DNA from: Octopus vulgaris
Lineage: Eukaryota
DNA: 64,000 bases
Direction of reading: 5' to 3'
Assembly: GCA_951406725.2 (NCBI GenBank)
Contig: OX597815.1
Span: forward strand, 101,804,001 to 101,868,000
Positions 13,695-29,259 of the stretch are shown piece after piece (the stretch's first letter is position 1; each line of letters starts with the position of its first letter). Position numbers and translations under genes: made by a program. The notes under the pieces are model-generated. The model was not told the DNA's origin. It saw only the letters and a program-made list of their open reading frames with translations, and did no database searches.

Positions 13695-13848
13695 ATGACA
13701 TGCTTCTTTCGGTTTCCCTCTGCCAGATCCACTTACAAAGGTTTGGTCGGCCCGAGGCCATAGTAGAAGACAATTGCTCAAGATTCCATGCAGTGGGACT
13801 GAAACCGAAACTATGTGGCTGGGAAGCAAGCCTCTTACCACGCCTGTG
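13385..13848 (-). mobile_element. SINE family A, near full length with internal (CA)n
   Basis: Minus strand shows a tRNA-like B box (GGTTTCAGTCCC), a CORE-like segment, internal (TG)n, and the 3' tail GCGGTGCTCCGGCATGGCCACAGTCAAATGACTGAAAC followed by (AATAAAAG)n. Confidence 0.88.
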
Positions 13849-14033
13849 CATATATGCATGTATACACATATATAATACATACATATGTATGTGTGTGTCC
13901 TTCATCCACCCAGTGACATTCCACCACCACTATCAGTGCCATCCGTCACACAACCGGCCACACCTTTTGTAATAAGTACGTACCCCATTACGATAATACG
14001 ATTCTTACGTATTTTCTTATTATTTCTCTTTAG

Positions 14034-14420
14034 ATGTGACTGTGGTAAAAATTGCTTCCCAACCACATGGTCCCAGGTTCAGTCACACTGTGTGGCATGT
14101 TGGGCAGGTATCTTCAAAAACAATCTCAGGCCGACCAAAGCCTTGTGAGTGGATTTGGTGGACAGAACTGAAAGAATATGTGTTTGTGTGTGTGTATGTG
14201 TATGCGTCTGTCCTCCACCACCGATTGACAATCGGTGATGGTGTTTTTACATACCCGTAGCCTAGCGGTTCGGCAAAAAGACCGATGGAATAAGTATTAG
14301 GCTTTACAAAAAAAAACTCAGTAAGCATCACGGGTGATTCGTTCGACTAAAATTCTTCAAGACGGTGCCCCGGCATGGCAGCCGCCTTAAGACTAATATA
14401 AGTAAAAGATAAACGATGAA
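14034..14420 (+). mobile_element. SINE family A, diverged copy in opposite orientation to 13385-13848
   Basis: Same head (TGTGGTAAAAATTGCTTCCCAACCACATGG...GGTTCAGTC), body and tail (GGTGCCCCGGCATGGC). Confidence 0.85.
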
Positions 14421-14865
14421 AGATACATCGTGCTATGTATTTTAAAAGTTGTTACATTTATGCAAAAAAAACGGACGAGTTTTTCGTTTTTCTCGAGAAA
14501 ATCCGTCGGAACACGTTAATACTTAATGACATGTGAATCAATGAAAAAATTAATTTGGCATAACGTGTTTTCCTGTTACGACAAGTTTTCAGAAACGCAT
14601 TACTTCTGTAACGCGGACGATTCCAGTAGTTTGGAAAACTTGAATCTTAAATCTTATGGATTACTCTAAGTTTTAGTAATTGTAGATTTGTTCAATTATT
14701 TTGAATATTTGTTCATATTTTCTTAGATCTTTTTTTTTTTTTTAGTTCAAGGTCATCCTCGACGAAGATAATCTCTGTTAAATCATTGCAGCTACGACAA
14801 TCCGAATTTTGTTTATGAAACTCTTTTATTTAATAGCCTATTTTCTAAGGCCATAATGTGTGCCT

Positions 14866-14899
<34 letters not shown>

Positions 14900-16164
14900 G
14901 AAGGGTGAGTGACATAGCTGCTATTCCAAGCAGAGTGAGCGATCACATATTCCCTTGCAAGCTCAGAATGCTAGCAAAAGTTTTTATTTAACTCCAGGCA
15001 ACCTCTGCTCAAACAGACTTTTGAAGAAAGTTATTTCAACCATAATCATTTTATTATGTTATCTAAGACTAATATGTATCTTTCTTTTGAGATAATAGGG
15101 TGCAGTTTTAGGTAGATATGGCCTCAATTTTTAGCAAGTGGCGCGATGACGTCAGCGCTCGTTCTTTGCTAATTATCAAATAGTCCAGCCCACTATTCAA
15201 AAATGTTTGCTGATTCTTCGCTATATAACTAGTTTCATTACTTTTATCTATATTTATTGAGTTGTATTGTAGTTGTTTGCCATATTACTAACTGTGCAAA
15301 CTATACAATTACATTCGTAAATGTATAGTTTGCAGTAATTACATTTATTATATCATTATACTACTTACAATCATTTAACAGCTGACATGTAAGCCTCCGC
15401 CTTTAAAGTACCGAGATCGATATAATCGATGCCAGTACTTTACTCATACTTATTTTATTGACAAAAGGAGGACGAAAGACAAAGATGACCAGGGTGATAT
15501 TTGAATTCAGGGCGTAAATGGATTTTATACTGTCAAGGCATTTATATCCGAATATCTTCCGATACTATCATCCACTTGCCCAATAATTGTGCTTGAGTTG
15601 AATAATAATGTTTATAACAGAAACTTTTCATTGCAAAATGTCCAATGTTTCCAGCAACATACAGTTGTGAGAGCAATGTAAAATGAATATCTTGATTCTT
15701 TTTTAATAAAATTTTCATATTGACGTTTTCAATTTAGAAACCAGACAGACCAGACATGTTATAATTATAACTTGTTCGACTCTTCGATAGCAACCACTAT
15801 ATCATAATCCAACGAGTAAGATTCTACGTATAGTCAATCGAGCTGCTAAGAATAGTAGCTAAATCTCACTCAAATCAAATCTTGATGTCATAAATAATGA
15901 AGGACACTTCAGATAATCGCGATTTCGTATACAGAATGGTCGTGCTTAGAATGCTTTTATTATAAGCGTGCTCAAAGTTGACCTGGAGATAACTACAATA
16001 ACAATAACCATGACGAAGATGACAACAACGGATGTAAGGAACTAGTGTAAGAAGTGAAGAAAGGGAAATGTTTCTGTCAGATGGACGACATCATGAAAGA
16101 CTGTCACAATGCATCCCATAAGGTTAACCTCAACTTGTCAGTGTGTATATATATATAAGTACAC

Positions 16165-16440
16165 TCTCTTTTACTCTCTTACTTGTTTCAGTCATTTGAC
16201 TGTGGCCATCCTGGAGCACCGCCTTTTTAGTCGAGCAAATCGACCCCAGGACTTATTCTTTTTAAACCTAGTACTTATTCTATCGGTCTCTTTCGCCGAA
16301 CCGCTAAGTTACGGGGATGTAAACATAACCGCATCGGTTGTCAAGCGATGGTGCAAGGACAAACACAGACACACAAACATATACACACATACATACATAA
16401 ATATATATATATATATATATTCATATATACGACGGGCTTC

Positions 16441-16443
<3 letters not shown>
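16165..16443 (-). mobile_element. SINE family A, 3' half
   Basis: CTTGTTTCAGTCATTTGACTGTGGCCATCCTGGAGCACCGCC...CCGCTAAGTTACGGGGA. Confidence 0.85.
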
Positions 16444-16503
<60 letters not shown>

Positions 16504-16534
16504 TATATATATGTATGTATTTCATTATATATAT

Positions 16535-16626
<92 letters not shown>

Positions 16627-17245
16627 ACAATTGAGGGTAAAATTAATTAGTTATTAATCAATTTCAACAAGTAGTGTTCAGTATGTAAAAGGACCATTTA
16701 AGGCGAATTCAAAATATTACATTATATAATTAGGGCTTAGTAAAATAAATTACTTTGCCACATACTGAACTTTCTAGAAATAGCAGCCAAAAAAGTTTTT
16801 AGCCATTTCCACTACTTTAAGAAAACTTCTCTCAGATAATGTTTACTCAAAGACAACTCACGAAGATATGGAGGTAAAAACAGTAAAATATCACAAGTAC
16901 AAAGATCATTTGAGAACGTCAACGTTTCTAGATTAGCCGAAATAAAACTCAGCATTTCTTTCGTCAGCTCAACATTTCTTAATTCTGGATTTGAAAGCAC
17001 TAAAAATAATGAACATACCCGTCCAACGATGTATCACCTCAGACAAACATCTTCAAAACTGCCAGTACTAATGCAGTCCCTAACTGGAGGGAGGCTCTGT
17101 GTACCTGGACCAATAAATGTGTGGATGGCTTCAAATCCTTATGTAACTGACTTCAAACCAACAAGTGAGCTTTTCAGTGGTTGATATACCATTTTGGTAT
17201 TTTAGACGCGATCGGGCGAGAAACAGTATATGAGGAAGAAAAGCG

Positions 17246-17420
17246 TGTGCTGAAAAGTTCCTCGCTTTAAGGGTGTCGCGAAAGACCAGGGCTTCGAAAA
17301 ACAGAAAAACTGCTACAATAAGTGTGAATCTGAGAGCGGAATATGTTGAATGAAACCGTAATTAACTAATCTTCCTGCATTTTCTTTTACCGAAATCCAG
17401 GAACTTTTCAGCACCCCTCG
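17246..17420 (+). mobile_element. Mariner-derived MITE
   Basis: Inverted termini GTGCTGAAAAGTTCCT / AGGAACTTTTCAGCACCCCTCG-TA. An internal remnant resembles a mariner C-terminus (...LRAEYVE*). Confidence 0.7.
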
Positions 17421-17933
17421 TATATATATAAAATGTTTGTGTGTGTGTTTGTGTATATGTAGTTATGTAGGTATATGTATATTGTTGCATATTAACATTC
17501 GTTGTATGAATGAATAATTTGACTCTGAAATCTTCAGAAGTAAAATCCCATATAGCAAAATCATAAATAATATTTAAGTATTTATAATTCTATTTTCAGC
17601 TTTAAGATGCGGTAGAGAAACAGCCTGTAGATTTAGGTTGTAAATATAAGCCGTTATGGGAATCATTTCTTCCTATCTTTGAAAAGATCGATTTCTGCCA
17701 GTATATTGCCATTCTTATTCTGGAAACAGTAATAACATTTTAAAATTAATTCCTTCAAAATTTTCTACATGAAGCTGGCAGCTAGGATTTTAAAAATATT
17801 TTATCTTGAGAAATTCCAAACCTTCACGGCAATTTATTGCTGAAATATTTGTACAAACACATGTCTCTCTGTGTGTATAACATTTTAAATAACAGTCTGA
17901 CTATATATATATATACTTATATAACTACGTATA

Positions 17934-18351
17934 CTAGCAGGAAAAATGCGGGTGCTGGAGTAATAATTTTCTTAAGTAATTGAAAATGAAAAAGCACCAG
18001 ACAAGAAAATATTGTAGCTGAATTTGGAATTCATATCTTTAGGTGGATTCGTATGAAAAAAAGTAGAGAAAGATTAAAGAGAATACTAGGGTGCCTTTAG
18101 GTAACATGTTAGTAATGTCGTTAAATCTGAAGAGCCATTTTCTTTTCCTCATAGCACCCTCTTATGTACATGCCTAATTGAGATCTCATACCCAATGGGT
18201 TACGCTGAATCTGAGGGAAATAAATTAAATATTGCGTACTATGGGGTACTATGGGGTAAGAAGGTTTGTTGGTCTAGCTTTATACAAGAAAAGTGCTGGA
18301 TTTCTGAAGCTTCATGGGCATAAATTCTGACCGCTTTATTTATAGTGAAGA
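17934..18351 (-). mobile_element. Possible non-autonomous Helitron
   Basis: Minus strand reads A|TCTTCACTATAAATAAAG ... CCTGCTAG|T, i.e. TC...CTAG termini inserted at an AT site. No clear subterminal hairpin was seen. Confidence 0.4.
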
Positions 18352-19093
18352 TAAACGGTCATTCATTTGTAGGAGAAGGTAAACCTCACTAAAAACATAA
18401 CACCATTTCTCTTTCATTCTTTCTCGGCTGATAGGATACTACTGCCCATTTGACTGTTATTAAGGAAGTTATAGCGAGTCCTAATCAATCTACCCACCAC
18501 AAAGAGGGCTCATATTTCTGTATGTCCAAATGTCACCTCAGCTATAGCCACAAAAGCACTTGAGGAATGCAACTGGATATTTTTAGATTTTGAAAAGCAG
18601 GCAACATCTCCATTATATACAAGTACTTTAACTTCACCCCATCATCCACCACATTTTATCTTATAGGGTGTAAATATAGGAAGTTTCATATACAATTTTC
18701 TTCATAGGGTAAGTTAGAATCTTTTACCTTTGAATGAAGCCAAATTGTTTTTTATTACTTCAATTCCTACCGCAGCTGCATTGTTTTTAAGCATTCATAT
18801 ATTTTTGACCAATACTATTCATATTATGCACATGTTTGTAGGACTTCATTCATTACACACCGGACATAATCTAATTTCTTACTAGAAAATTAACCCTTCG
18901 AAAGAAAACAAATAATAATTTATTAAAGCGAATATACCTTACAGCTACTTCTAATCCTGAACAACGCCAATAATTCTATAAGTACGTACGTACATACATA
19001 CATACATACATACATACATACACAAACACATGCAAACATACATAATTTGACAAAAAAAAATTACTATCCCGAAATATAACAATATAACAATAT

Positions 19094-19134
<41 letters not shown>

Positions 19135-19139
<5 letters not shown>

Positions 19140-19664
19140 GCAGTGAAGCTATACAATAGCGTCGTATTTATTACGATCGCTATTTTCCTGTAAATATCGG
19201 TACCTCATTGTACCATTTATTTACTTTTATATGTATAATTTTACCCTTACGGGCTATCTTTTACTGGAAAGCAATACTTTCGTATTGCATTATTATTTTC
19301 ATTGAAACTTCTTCACTGTTCTCGTTCTGTTAACATTTTGGCGTTCAGACGAGTGTACTGACATAGATGTGGCAACATATGAAATTTTGTCTAGGTATAT
19401 GCAGCTGATGAAGACAAATCAAATCTACGTTGTCAAACGTATTTGAAGAGTCTGAAACCGGTCCTGCATTATCCGTTTCTAGGTTTTTCATTTTTCAGAT
19501 GTTCTTCCTAGTGGTAAGACAATTTTTTCATGTTTGTTGCACACACACGTCTTTGCTAGTATATACGCAGTGAAGCTATACAATAGCGTCGTATTTATTA
19601 CGATCGCTATTTTCCAGTAAATATCGGTACCTCGTTGTACCATTTATTTACTTTTATATGTATA
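19135..19664 (+). mobile_element. Retrozyme-like element: 427-bp unit with about 100-bp terminal direct repeat and a hammerhead ribozyme
   Basis: 19139-19237 is repeated at 19566-19664 with 2 substitutions. The unit is flanked by (TA)n and has a central hammerhead. Confidence 0.8.
19399..19469 (+). ncRNA. Type I hammerhead ribozyme (minimal palindromic stem III)
   Basis: ATGCAG-CTGATGA-AGAC[...TCAAAT..TACGTT GTCA AACGTA.TTTGA...]GTCT-GAAA-CCGG-TC-CTGCAT. Intact core, 6-bp stem I, extended stem II, GUC cleavage after 19463. Confidence 0.88.
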
Positions 19665-19782
19665 TATATATACATATGTTAGAGATAGAAGTCCCCATAC
19701 AGTTCATCAAATCCTAATTTACATCACACCATATAATAGAATATTATTTTAATACTTACTAATCATTTCTAAATTTCTCTGC

Positions 19783-19869
19783 TACACGTGTTTCATGAGG
19801 TGCGTTTAACGATCCTTATACACGCAGTCTTTTACAGGAACATTTCTTAAACGCAACCTCAATCATCAG
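19783..19869 (-). ncRNA. Hammerhead-like core lacking a paired stem I
   Basis: Minus strand: CTGATGA-T-TGAGGTTGCGTTTAA...TTAAACGCACCTCA-T-GAAA-CACGTG-TA. The stem I arms (GAGTC / GCAGA) do not pair. Confidence 0.5.
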
Positions 19870-20661
19870 GACTCTTGATAACTTTCTTATAATTCAATAC
19901 CAATTTCTATATTTTAATATTTTAACAGTTACGAATGTAATTAACAGACAAATATGCGTATGTGCAAATAAATTCGCCGAACCTTGCTGTGCAAGCCATA
20001 ATTTAATTGATTAAAAATTAAAAATTTACAAAACTAAATTCAAACGTGACTTATGCCTATAAACATGCATATAAATTTATAATATGTAGGAATGAAAATT
20101 ATAATATATAATAGTGATGATATAATAATGAAAAGACTATATAATACAGTGATGATCAGTGCAGATCTGATTTTATCCAGACATGCCTCTAATATAAGTC
20201 AAACATGTTGATCATTTCGTGTTGGTATATGTCTGGGTCAACACTTATGAGGTTTTCTCGATGTTATAAACCATGGATAACTTTGAAAGTTTAAGTAGTG
20301 TTCAGCGCATGTTAAAAGGAGAAAATTTCATTTCTGTTTTATTTATATAGTAGATTAGAAGGAAACTCTTTTCCTGTGATCCTTCATTGGACTTTCATAA
20401 CTGGTGACAAGGAGTGAGGAAAATATCCTCAAACTAGTGGCCGGGTCCCAATGCTCGAATCAGAATGGGCTCTAGAAAAAGCACATACGATTCTAGATTG
20501 TGGCGTTAAAACGGCGACAGATTTAATCCATCGGTGTATATGGGTAATTTCTGGTCTACCAGAAAATAAATCCTACGCAGACTTATTCATACAGAGGCAC
20601 ATACATGATCAACTTTGACTGACGGAAGCCCAAAATACATATTTATCTACCTGTCTATATG

Positions 20662-20701
<40 letters not shown>

Positions 20702-21396
20702 GCGACTCCAAGTCATCAGCGTCGGACTCATCACAGATTTCGCATAAGGCACATGTATAAAAAAGGTAAGAGACCTAATGCATACCGCAGACATATATGT
20801 GCACTGATAATTTAACAATAAGACAGAAATATAGTTTTAATATGTCTTTTTTCATTTCTAAGTTAAGGGTAGAATTAAAGCAAAACACAACTGATCTTTA
20901 CACAGTACAGAATAACAACAAACAAATAACGACAGCGGATGCACAAAAAAACATCAGGGATCTGGCTGTCAAGAATATTGTAGAACGGGAACATTTCATA
21001 GATTGGAATTTAAATCCTAATCTCTATAGAAATTTATTGTTTCAAGAAAACATTGAATTTGAATTACTTTTAATTTTTACGATTATAGATAACAATTCGG
21101 GCTGTAACTTCCGAGCCCGAGTTAGGCGCGTGTGAAGGATGCCGAGAGAACGTCTGCTACGAATGATATTTTTTGACACAAGACACGTCTAAGATGACCA
21201 CCAGACGCTGGACGAAAATAAATGAATTGCCACCAGGCTCAATGAAAGGAACCCAAGTTATTGGCTGTAATTACATACTTGCTGGAGTCGCCACTGATTA
21301 TATATATATATATATATATATATTATACATACACATTACTGTTTTACATGTTAACGCCATCGGGTGTGACCATCCTGGGGTACTGACATATATTTG

Positions 21397-21443
<47 letters not shown>

Positions 21444-22379
21444 TGTTTTGTTCAGTTATATATTTATTTATAAAAAGAATTTTACATTAATCTAATGGAT
21501 TACTCTATACTTTTGTAGAACGCAAATTTATTCTTATACAAGTATGTTGTTGACATATAAATAGTTTATAGTTCCGTTAAAGTAAGATCAACAAAAATGA
21601 ATTCCATCCAGTGAGAAATACACTGTGAGATATTATACACTGTATTAAAATAAGAGCCTTGAGTCTGGGGAGTCCTTGGAGACAAAGACACACTATGAAA
21701 ATCTGCCTTGCCATGTGTGTCAATGGCAAGAAGCTACTAGTAGCTCTTATTTTAATGCAGTATACATTAAATGATACACACAAACACACGTATATATTCG
21801 TACATATATGTTTACACTCACACGCACGATTATGCAAACATACACATTTACTGTACACTGCTATACGCAGCTAATTTTAAACACATGCACACTTATACAT
21901 GGAAGTGCGTATGCACATGCGCGCACGCAAAACAATGACATGCACATATTAAATCATAGGAAGATATACTTTCGCATACATATTTACCAATACAAATATA
22001 TATGAATACATACACACACATGCACAATATAAACATGTATTCATAGATACGTTTATACATACATACACCATTCATAGTCGCAGAGAAACATCCATTTCTC
22101 TACCCATTTGTTATGCATATACATGCACATACGCAAACATTGAGTTTAAGGGACATAGAAATCCATACAGACACGCTGACACAGACAGACAGTTAGACAG
22201 CTTTAGACTAAACCGTGCCTCATTCTATAAAAGTACACGTGTATGCCGTTGTTAAATGTGTGCAGGTGTGTAAGACAAGGTGCGTTCCCATTATCACTAC
22301 ACTTCTTACTAATAACATTAAAAACGGGGGAAGCTAAAGGAAGGGTTCTGTACTAAAATAATGAATAGTAATGTTCCAG

Positions 22380-23430
22380 GGTCTGTGGTAAGGTTGTGTG
22401 GTGGAGGGCTGAAGTGTGGTTGATGATGAAGCCGGATGGCTGGTGGTGGTGGTGGAGTGGGGAAGTTAATTGTGTGTGGGGGGGGAGTTGATTGTGGTGT
22501 GATTGATGGTGATGGAGTTGTTGGAATAATGCTGTTGTGTTGTGGTTGATGATTGAGTGGTAAGATTGATGTTGGGGTAGAGGGATTGATGAGGGTGTGA
22601 TGAGATTGATTGTGGAGTAGTGAAACTGAAGACGGATGTGGTGGAGTGTAATAGTAAGGTTGCTGGTAAAGGAATAAAGTTGAAGGTGGTAGGGGTGAAA
22701 TTGATGGTTGTGTTATGGTTGATGGTAGAGTTCTGAGGTTTATGGGAGATTAGTGTGATTTATGATAGAGTGATGTGATTGATGGTGGAATGGTGTTGAT
22801 AGTAGAGTAAGGTGCTTGATGTTGGAGTAGTGCAACTGATGGTGGGGTAATAGTGGTTCATGCTGGATTGGTGAAATTGATGGTAGAGTTGTGTTGATTG
22901 ACCATGGAGTGATGTGATTGATAATGTAGTGGTATGGTTGTTGATGTTGGAGTAGTGTCAATGATGTTGGAGTTGTGTGGTTGGTGTTGGAGTGGTATGG
23001 TTGATGGTGGATTGATGAAATAATTGACGATGGTATAGTGTGTCTAACATAGAGTGGTGAAGTTGATCTTGGAATGATGAATCTGGCGATGAAGGTGTGC
23101 TGGAGTGGTGAGATTAATGGTGGAGCTGTGTAGTTGATTGATGATGGTACAACGGGGCTGATTGTGGAGTGGTCACATTGATGTCGGTTTGATGAGATCG
23201 ATGCCGGACTAATGTAGTTAATAGAGAAATGATGCAACTGATAATACTGTAGTATGGTGGAGTGGTGTGATTGATGGCGTTACGGTGAAGCTGGTGGTGA
23301 AGTTGGTGCAGTTCATAATGAAGTGAGATCGATAGCGTTGTGAAGTGACTAAGGGTGGAGTCGTCTATTTGATGGTAGAGGAGTAGGACTGAGTGGTGAG
23401 ATAGAGGGGTAAAGCCAGCAGTTGACATGA
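22380..23430. repeat. Degenerate G/T-rich low-complexity tract (GGT/GAT/GTTGAT-like)
   Basis: About 1 kb with strong G+T strand skew and recurring GTTGAT/GGTGGA words. Confidence 0.8.
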
Positions 23431-23694
23431 AAACAGCCAGTTATATAAACCTTTTATAAAACAGCCAGTTATAAACCTTTTCTGTGTTTGTCATTGTCGA
23501 AAGAAAACTTCCGTACTTCGTGATCTAAGTTGATGCAAAGTAATCAAAATGATTAGACAATCAAACAAGACAACAATAGTTGTAGTAGTAGTAGTAGTGA
23601 TGGTGGTAGTATTAGTAGTAGTAGTGGGGTGTTAGTAGTAGTAGGAGTAGTAATGTTGTTGGTTGTTGTGTTGAGGTGGAGTTGGGTGGTAGTG

Positions 23695-23746
<52 letters not shown>

Positions 23747-24804
23747 AAATCGCTGTTGTTTCCAACTTAGGAAGGAAGTCATACATCTAAGGTTTTGGTC
23801 GGTGATAGTTACTTAAATCGACCTAGTACATTATGTTATCGGAAAAGACTAAAAGCAGTTAACTTATGTGAGACTTGTATATTCACAACATAAAAGGGAT
23901 GGCCATCTGCACTCCTTAACAAATTTTGTTATTTTCCCGACGATCAATTTCTTTACTAATTCTACCTGATCGGAGCAGGCCGTTTGGTAACCGACAGATT
24001 GACCACGGACAGTCTGTACTGGTTTATATGAGTATTATCAGTCGATCTCTGATTATTTGATCTTTGATTTGCCTGTAATATAGAGGCAATGGTCCAGCGT
24101 TTCCCATATGTTTGTCACCGATATGTGAATTGAGTTAGATGGGGTGGGTTATGGAAGTAATACGGACATTTGGTTGTTTCCATATCGCTATGTACAATGG
24201 ACATGTCAAGTTCTCTCAGAAAGTTGCAAAGTCCTATGTAAGGATAGGCGTCAGTGAAAGGGAATAGTAGCAACGGGTAACTGGCTGTTTTTATGATATA
24301 TATAGGATCACGGAGAGGCAAAAGAAACAAAAAAATATAGATAGAGAGACAGAAAGCGAGATTGGAAGAAATATAAGATATAGCATCAGAAATAAAGAGA
24401 TTTGGAAGTTAGAGAGTTTTTGCATTAATGTCAAGAGACTATTAAAATCTTATCTTTCTTCGGGTACTCATTGCACAGGAAGGTTAGTTGAAAGTACAGC
24501 TAACTGGCGGGCACTGGTTTACTCTCTCGTCTTCTAAGTGTATTTCACACACACACACACAACTCGTTCACAGACATATATATATAAATACATACATAAA
24601 TTCGTGCATATATATATATATATGTGTGTGTGTGTGAGTATACATATATATGTACATATGTACAATCTTAGATATGTATATGAATGTATGTGTATATATG
24701 TATATATAAACATATATATATATATTCATGTTTATATATACACATATGTGTGTGTACATATACATATATATATATATACATATGTACCTGCATTCACACA
24801 CACA

Positions 24805-24843
<39 letters not shown>

Positions 24844-25977
24844 TTAGTATTTATGTATACCATATGTCGTTTATGTCTAGTTAAACGTAAAGCCCGTTAT
24901 CCATCCAGGATAGATTTACTTTCTTCCACTTATGTAACAACTGAAAAATAGTAAAGAAGCTGACTGATGCTTGTTATATAAATATCTTACAAAGACCAAC
25001 ACTATCGTGTTTCTCAATTCAATTTCTCAAGTAATTTTTTAATAGGCTGAATTCTCTGGTATCATTTTCCATTCTTCTTTAAACTGAATATTTTCACCGT
25101 TATTGCTAGGACATACAGGAATTCTCTTTCAGTTGAAGCTTCGTGTAGGAACACATCAGATACACCTCAGTAGAGTTAGAAATAAAAAAAAGTTGGGTGG
25201 GGAAGAAATAAAATAAGACCAAATGTTAGAAGTCTCGAAAACATTTTCTAGTAATAAAGTTGGTAATTGGTTAAGTTCTTGCCTCAGTTATGTATCTAAT
25301 TACTGTTTAGTTTCTTGCCAACAGTCACGTAACAACGGTAATAACTGAGATTTATGTGCTCATATGATATGCTAGAAATAGCAGTCAAAACCCTCGCAGG
25401 TTATGGCTTAAAAGTGCGAAGGACACTTTGAGTAACGTAGTCCTGGATGCCTTTGGCATGAAAAAAAAAACGGTTTTTAAATTAATGAAAATTAAAGGAA
25501 GCTAGAATGCAGCGGAGCAGTGATATACTATCAATTCACGGGTATTTAAGCTCTTTTTCATAAGGTCAGCTAATTTAAAACACTGTAATCATCGTAAAAT
25601 ATCAAACATACATCCACTAACTAAAAGTTTGACACAGACTATAGGAAATTTGAATGTAAAACATTTAAAGAGGGAGTTTTTAATTTTTTTTTACTTGCTG
25701 CGTCTGGAGAAAAAGCCGTGCCCATGGGCCTTGCAGGCTTCCCGAAACCGGTGAGATTGAAGTCGTCAGTGTTCCGTTTAAAGTGTTGCAGGTTAATACA
25801 TACAAGAAAAATATGAGTAAGGAGGAGATTCAAACGGGCCAATGTTCTGGAGAGAAAAAACAGGGAGTTGTGGAAAGTGTAAGTGGAGTGGAGTGGACTC
25901 AACAAAGGTTACGAGCGGATCAGAGGTGCCTGGGTGATAGAGGTACGAGATCAGTTAGTTCCATTATATTTATCAAG

Positions 25978-26192
25978 GCAGCAAGCTGGAAAAATCGCGA
26001 GTGCGTTGGACAAAAATGCTTAGCGAAGTTTGCTACGACTTTTTATGGCTTCTAAGTGGAGTTCAAACCTCACTGAAGTTAACTTTCATCCTTTCTAGGG
26101 CGAAAAATACAGTACCAGTCAAGTAAAGATGTCGATGAAATCATCTTGCCCACTTCCTTCAAAATTGCTGGCCTTGTACTAAAAAATTAGAA
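25978..26192 (+). mobile_element. SINE family B, diverged
   Basis: GGCAGCAAGCTGG...AAATGCTTAGCG...GAGTTCAAA...TTTCATCCTTTC...AAAATTGCTGGCCTTGT. Confidence 0.7.
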
Positions 26193-26193
26193 A

Positions 26194-29089
<2,896 letters not shown>

Positions 29090-29175
<86 letters not shown>

Positions 29176-29184
29176 TAATAACAA

Positions 29185-29257
<73 letters not shown>
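29090..29257. repeat. (AAT)n immediately followed by (ATT)n, forming an inverted microsatellite junction
   Basis: Directly visible between the 3' ends of the two Dong elements. Confidence 0.95.

Positions 29258-29259
<2 letters not shown>

Noticed and set aside
22740-23428. His/Ser/Thr/Pro-rich ORFs
   Set aside because: They are a by-product of the strand-skewed low-complexity tract.
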